Shown here one piece after another: positions 6,356-11,473 of a stretch of DNA of 11,473 nucleotides. Made by a program: the position numbers and the translations under genes. The DNA comes from an uncultured Methanosarcinaceae archaeon (lineage in GTDB: Archaea > Halobacteriota > Methanosarcinia > Methanosarcinales > Methanosarcinaceae), in NCBI GenBank assembly GCA_963833425.1, contig CAWHXP010000001.1, positions 1 through 11,473 on the forward strand, written 5' to 3'. The notes beneath the pieces were generated by a model, which was not told where the DNA came from, did not search any database, and was given only the letters and a program-made list of their open reading frames with translations. The stretch's first letter is position 1. Each line of letters starts with the position of its first letter.

Positions 6356-7246
6356 TCACTTAAGATCATAGTGTTTTATATTCCAGTCTGCATTATCCTG
6401 AATTTTCTGGATTTCTTCATTACCACCTTCCATGGTGAATAGATGTTTGAATCTTCTTTGAGTTCTCAGGTACTCCTCGACTGGCCTGGGATCCTTGATC
6501 TTTCTGACCTGCGTTATTTCTCCAAATTCCATCTCATACATAGGCCATAGACCGGTTTCTACCGCGAGTTTGGCGATTTCCAAGGTCTTTGAAGTGTCAA
6601 ATCCCCAGCCTGTAGTACATGGAGCGTGGGTATGGATATATGTAGGGCCTACAATTTCTGTGGCTTTTTTTACCTTCCGGATCATGTCTCTTGGGAAGCC
6701 TATAGAGGTTGTGGCTACATACGGAGAGCCATGAGCTGCAATAATAGCTGGCATATTTTTTTTTGGCCGCGGATTTCCAAAGGAAAATTTTCCAGCTGGG
6801 CTCGTTGTGGTACTGGCATCGTATGGAGTTCCACTGCTGCGCTGGATTCCCGTGTTCATGTAGGCTTCGTTGTCCATGCATACATAGGTGAAATCGTGAC
6901 CCCGCTCAAAAGCACCTGAAATGGCACCTATTCCGATGTCCATAGTAGAGCCGTCTCCTCCAATCGCTATTACCTTGATGTCGTTCTTTTTGCCAAGGGC
7001 TTTTAAGGCAGCTTCTACACCTGATGCCACTGCACCTCCGTTTTCAAAGAGAGAGTGAATCCAGGGGATCTTCCAAGATGAAAGTGGGAAAGGCGTTGAC
7101 ATAACTTCAAGGCAGCCGGTAGGATTAACTACAATACAATTAGGACCTGCGCCTATGAGTGTGAATTTTGCAGCAAAGGCATCACAGCAGCCTGCACAAC
7201 CGCTATGCCCCGAAGAAAGATACATTTTTGGTGCAACTTTAGTCAT
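6356..7246 (-). CDS. porB: Pyruvate:ferredoxin oxidoreductase beta subunit (TPP-binding)
   Basis: [18 protein letters not shown]...[16 protein letters not shown]/Mg motif and PCTTGW. ATGA overlap with porA. Confidence 0.93.
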   Translation of the reverse strand: MTKVAPKMYLSSGHSGCAGCCDAFAAKFTLIGAGPNCIVVNPTGCLEVMSTPFPLSSWKIPWIHSLFENGGAVASGVEAALKALGKKNDIKVIAIGGDGSTMDIGIGAISGAFERGHDFTYVCMDNEAYMNTGIQRSSGTPYDASTTTSPAGKFSFGNPRPKKNMPAIIAAHGSPYVATTSIGFPRDMIRKVKKATEIVGPTYIHTHAPCTTGWGFDTSKTLEIAKLAVETGLWPMYEMEFGEITQVRKIKDPRPVEEYLRTQRRFKHLFTMEGGNEEIQKIQDNADWNIKHYDLK

Positions 7247-8451
7247 AGCAACTCCTCCTTGAGGTCCAGAAACTGGCTTTCAACCATGATTTCAGACTTG
7301 GCAGCTGTCTTGGTTCCTTCAATAACTTTTACAATGCTTTCCATACGAATGTCACGGCCTCCATGACCCAGGGTATAGCCAACTAGCGGTATGCGGACTT
7401 TACTGTTATAGAGGCAAGATTTGGTTTCGGTAAACAGGGCTCCTTCATTTGTTCCTATAGAGATATTCTTATCAAGCACAACAACTGCATGCGCATTCTG
7501 AAGCGCCTCTCTAATCTGCTCCTTAGGAAAGGGCCTAAAAGATCTGACTTTTAAGACGCCAATCTTTTCTCCTTTTGCCCTGTACTGATCCACGACATCT
7601 TTAACAGTCCCAAGAACAGAGCCCATAGCCATGATAACGATTTCAGCATCCTCAATCATGTATCCATCAACAAGTCCACCGTGAAATCTGCCGAAAACTT
7701 CTTCAAACTCCTTCGCCACGGTTTCAATTTTCGGAAGAGCTTTCTGCATTGCTTGTTCTTGCAAGTATCTGAATTCTTCGTAAGTATCAGGCGTTGCAAA
7801 GGCTCCAAAAGTCTTAGGGTCTTCCGGGTCAAGCACATTTTCGGGCTGGAAAGGCTGGAGAAAATTATCAACAAGATTCTGTTCAAGCAGTACAACGGGC
7901 TCATAAACATGCGATAGAATGAAACCATCCATGCAGACCATTCCTGGCAACATGATTTTATGATCCTCTGCAATCTTATATATTTGAGGCAGGGTATCAG
8001 ATGCTTCCTGCACATCTTCTACATAAAGCTGAATCCAGCCGGTATCTCTTTGGGCAATCGCATCCTGATGGTCATTCCATATATTTATAGGAGCACTAAC
8101 TGCCCTGTTTGCAACTGTCATTATGATTGGAAGCCTCATGCCTGAAGCGTTAAAAAGAGCCTCATGCATTAGTAAGAGCCCTTGAGAGGTTGTGGCTGAA
8201 TAGGTTCTTGCGCCTACTACTGCCGCTCCTATCAACGAAGAAATTGCCGAAAATTCTGATTCAACATTTAAATACTCACAGTTGGGTATCTCCCCGTCTG
8301 CTACGAATTGAGCCAGATTTTCAACAATGTGCGTTTGGGGAGTGATCGGATAAGCTGAGATTACGTTTGGCTGACAAATTTTTGCGGAATGGGCCACAGC
8401 ATAAGAACCTTCAACGACGATCATTTTCTCTTTAAAAGCCGGGTTGATCAT
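7243..8451 (-). CDS. porA: Pyruvate:ferredoxin oxidoreductase alpha subunit
   Basis: [22 protein letters not shown]-like [28 protein letters not shown] and RSFRPFP motifs. TAATG overlap with the porD stop. Confidence 0.93.
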   Translation of the reverse strand: MINPAFKEKMIVVEGSYAVAHSAKICQPNVISAYPITPQTHIVENLAQFVADGEIPNCEYLNVESEFSAISSLIGAAVVGARTYSATTSQGLLLMHEALFNASGMRLPIIMTVANRAVSAPINIWNDHQDAIAQRDTGWIQLYVEDVQEASDTLPQIYKIAEDHKIMLPGMVCMDGFILSHVYEPVVLLEQNLVDNFLQPFQPENVLDPEDPKTFGAFATPDTYEEFRYLQEQAMQKALPKIETVAKEFEEVFGRFHGGLVDGYMIEDAEIVIMAMGSVLGTVKDVVDQYRAKGEKIGVLKVRSFRPFPKEQIREALQNAHAVVVLDKNISIGTNEGALFTETKSCLYNSKVRIPLVGYTLGHGGRDIRMESIVKVIEGTKTAAKSEIMVESQFLDLKEELL

Positions 8452-8783
8452 TATTTAGCCTCCAAAATCATCCCGATTGCATCTTCCGGGCATTCATTTG
8501 CACAGATACCGCAGCCTTTGCAATAATCGTAATCGTACTCGAAAAAGCCATCATCCCTAGGTTTGACTGACATGTCAGGGCATACGATTTCACAGATTCC
8601 ACACTTGGTACACTTTTCATAATTATAAACAGGTCGAAAATTCCTCCAGCCTCCGGTTTTGTTTTTAAGGGTCGAACCAGGTTTACAGACACTGCAGCAT
8701 GTGATTTCCGATTCTCTCGTTTCATGATTCTTTTTTAAGATTTCCGGACATATTTTGCTGTCTTGATCAGCTTCAGTAGTCAT
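8451..8783 (-). CDS. porD: Pyruvate:ferredoxin oxidoreductase delta subunit (2x[4Fe-4S]); in this sequence reads in frame with the porC C-terminus
   Basis: NKTGGWRNFRP, CTKCGICEIVCP and YDYCKGCGICANECP. Internal ATG at 8783 with AAGGA just upstream. Confidence 0.85.
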   Translation of the reverse strand: MTTEADQDSKICPEILKKNHETRESEITCCSVCKPGSTLKNKTGGWRNFRPVYNYEKCTKCGICEIVCPDMSVKPRDDGFFEYDYDYCKGCGICANECPEDAIGMILEAK

Positions 8784-9325
8784 AATCCTTACCCTAATGA
8801 GATCATAAGCTTTTTGAATCGCCTCTGCATTCTTTTCTCCAATTTTTCCTGGAAAACGAGCCTTTATTGCATGATGGATAGAGTCTACTTTTATTTCTTC
8901 AGTTGCGCCCGCAAAAGCTCCAAGGAGGACAGTGTTTACTATGGGATGACCTATAATATCCATTGCCACCTTCGTAGCATCCACGGTCATAACTTTAGCA
9001 GTTGTATTAATTTTCAAACTTTCCGGTTTTTCTGTAGTGTTGACAATAATTACTCCATCTTCTTTTATCCCTTTTGCAACGTTAACAGTTTCAAGGAGGG
9101 TTGATCCTGAACAATAACATAATCAGGAGTGTATATCTGGCTTCGGAGCCTGATTGGATTGTTACTTATCCTGGTAAATGCTTGTACAGGAGCACCTCTG
9201 CGCTCTACCCCAAAAGCAGGAAAGGCCTGGCTAAATTTCCCGTCTTTAAAAGCTGCGACGGAAAGCATTTCAGCCGCGGTGACAGAACCTTGACCTCCTC
9301 GACCATGTATTCTGATTTCCTTCAT
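8784..9325 (-). CDS. porC: Pyruvate:ferredoxin oxidoreductase gamma subunit, frameshifted near 9103
   Basis: [29 protein letters not shown] and [10 protein letters not shown]. Restoring one base at GAT-CA-ACC gives ...[25 protein letters not shown], joining the 8451..9017 frame (...NTVLLGAFA...). RBS AAGGAG upstream. Confidence 0.88.
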
Positions 9326-9433
9326 ATGAATTCTCCTTATTAATCGCTTATTCGGATGTCTTTTGTAACTTTATAGAATGCAGATTTAAAAAAATAAATT
9401 GAAAATTATAGTTCAATTGTTTATGAAAATAAT

Positions 9434-9646
9434 AGCCTGATTGGATTGTTGCTGATCCTGATAAATGTATATCGGAGCATCTCTGCGCTCTACCCCTCAA
9501 GTAGGAAAGACCTAAATAGATTTCCTATCTTTAAAAACCGCGACGAAAAGCGTCTCAGCCGCGGTGACAAATCCTTGACCTCCTCGACCACGTATTCTGA
9601 TTTCCTTCATACGAATTCTCCTTCTTGAATCGCTTATTTGGATGTC
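9434..9646 (-). pseudogene. porC: Degenerate tandem duplicate of the porC 5' end and its leader
   Basis: Aligns end to end with 9147-9360. From ATG 9610 it reads MKEIRIRGRGGQGFVTAAETLFVAVFKDRKSI*, with stops at 9514-9512 and 9499-9497 and a 2-nt deletion further on. RBS AAGGAG retained. Confidence 0.9.
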
Positions 9647-10240
9647 ATTCATAACTATTGATTTATCAGAAACAATTTAAGCATCATACTATTTTTAGGC
9701 ACCACTGCGATATTCGCTACAAGCTCAAAGAATTTAAAACTTAGATTGTTAACTGTGAAATTGTTAATTCATTTCTATTCATTTTTTGATTGATTATAGA
9801 GTAGTTCGATAAAAAGATAATTTCATAAGTTCTGTATCTTATTTATGGGCCTTGTGATGAAACTGTGGAGTTTATCGCGATACTCTTTAGTCAATTTTTA
9901 ATGGATTAATAGTGAAGTTTGGTGATCTAAAAGAATAGAAATAAATCTCCGAACTATCAATCTGGAAACATTCGTATGACTTATTACAATGATCAATAAA
10001 ACCAATCTAGTCATAATTATGTATTCATGCCTTTTGTGCCCAATAGCTCATGGATAATAATGTAAGTTATTATTAGGTTTTCGGTGGGATTAGATAATTT
10101 TATATATATATATTCCCTATTTTATATTTTATTCTGAATGTATTAATCTTCACACTCTTCAAATTTAACTTGTCCTAATAGTTATGTTTTTACTGGATTT
10201 GATTATAAACTAATCTTACTTTTTTAAAAAAATAAATAGT

Positions 10241-11213
10241 TCAATCCTTTTCCTTAAAGGAGCTCCTTATCAGATCAATTATGGTTTTTCCTTCTTTTAG
10301 ACCATTAATCTTCTCCCTAATCTTTCGCGCGCTATGAAACCCTTTTGTAAACCAATGAGCATGCATTCTCAGATTTTGAGAAGATAATAGATTATGTTCA
10401 TCTAGAAGAGTGATATAAGATTCAAAATCTTCAAGCTGTCTAGCTTGCCTGTCCAGTTCCAGCTTTTCCCCGGTTTCCAGATAATACCTAATTCTTCTGA
10501 ATATGAACGGATTTCCCATCGCAGCACGCCCTATCATAAGTCCATCACAGCCTGTGAACTCAATAGTATTTTCTGCAGACTCTTCGTCTTTTATATCACC
10601 GTTTGCAATCACTGGAATTGAAATTTCGCGTTTTACTGCTCTGATAGCTACAAGGTCCGAGCTTCCGGAGTACATCTGCTTTGCCTTCCTGCCATGCACT
10701 GTTATGGCAAGAGCTCCTGCATTTTCGATTAGTTGCGCGATTTCAAGGGTCTTTTCACCTCTTTCCAAAATCCGGATTTTTACAGTTACAGGTGTTTTCA
10801 GGGCATATGTCAGTTCCGAGACTATTTCATAAACAAGCTTTGGAGATTTGAGAAGAGTAGAACCACCCCCTGCCCCTATAACGCATTGTACAGGGCAACC
10901 CATATTTATATCGATGACTTCAGGCCTGTACGCACTTTCAACAAAGATGGCAGCTTCCCGCAGCTTCTCAGTTGAGTTCCCAACAAGCTGAACTCCAAAA
11001 GGCCGGTCATAGGGTGAGCTCAGTCCTTTAAGAAGGGATTTCCGATTTTTGCTGAGCAGAGCATCTGAGTTGATCATTTCGGTGTACGTTACGTCAGCTC
11101 CATGCTGCCGGCATAGCAACCTGAAAGCTAGATTTGTGACTCCTGCCATGGGTGCAAGAAAAAGGTTTCCAGAAGTTGTCGAGCTGACCTATTTTTAATT
11201 TATTGAGCTTCAT
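10241..11213 (-). CDS. dus: tRNA-dihydrouridine synthase (Dus/NifR3 family); probable true start at 11213 with a frameshift near 11180-11187
   Basis: TEMI, DINMGCP (catalytic Cys), TVKIR, TVHGR, IANGDI and MIGRA. In frame upstream of the track's start (11149) is GNLFLAPMAG, the N-terminal Dus motif, but that frame is closed by TAG. MKLNKLKIG from ATG 11213 is in a different frame. Confidence 0.88.
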
Positions 11214-11473
11214 TTTGATACTATTCAAATTACTTTTTTTACAGCTATTTTATGAATTCAGATCTACTGTGATTTGTTAAAACTCAAATAGATTTCGCAC
11301 AATTATTTGAAAAATATAAGAATTTATAAATATCGTCATAAAATCTGGGACTAAAATTGATAAGCTAGAAGGACTTTAGATGCAAAAGAGGAATAAAATA
11401 ATCGAATCGAATGATTGTGAAAACTGGTATCTATATTATTAATTCTGAAAGTTGAGTAAAATTACTATCTTTT

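Noticed and set aside
6495..9343. Short overlapping ORFs within the por operon (for example 6495..6734, 7656..8015, 8468..8725, 8763..9104, 9101..9343)
   Set aside because: Shadow frames of well-supported por genes.
9446..9628. Plus-strand 60-aa ORF similar to 9101..9343, suggesting a conserved antisense peptide
   Set aside because: The similarity follows trivially from the DNA duplication of porC. There is no RBS or other evidence for expression.
9657..10240. Hidden gene or ncRNA in the long AT-rich por-dus intergenic region
   Set aside because: No ORF of note or stable GC-rich structure seen. Short repeats such as TTGTTAA x2 are expected by chance at this AT content, and long intergenic regions are common in Methanosarcina.
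10503..10975. Plus-strand ORFs 10503..10832 and 10733..10975
   Set aside because: Antisense shadows of dus.

Overview
Archaeal DNA, most likely a Methanosarcina-like methanogen (inferred from the por and dus proteins, recalled rather than searched). The left ~6 kb is an integrated mobile element that runs off the left edge. It has an intact tyrosine integrase with a C-terminal Zn-ribbon, a decayed DDE transposase, and a divergent wHTH / AbrB regulatory pair. It also has a leftward operon: AbrB, an unannotated 53-aa ORF, a 190-aa hypothetical (possible SSB), a family A DNA polymerase (3'-5' exonuclease plus polymerase, no 5'-3' exonuclease, Leu at the E. coli F762 position), an iteron-like repeat cluster beside an AT-rich tract, and an unannotated wHTH gene. 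PolA is not part of the standard archaeal toolkit, so this candidate PolA-based, apparently primase-less replication module is the highlight. The right half is host DNA: a porC-D-A-B pyruvate:ferredoxin oxidoreductase operon, a degenerate upstream tandem copy of the porC 5' end, and a tRNA-dihydrouridine synthase. Small indels in polA, porC, dus and possibly the porC/porD junction may be assembly errors rather than real decay.
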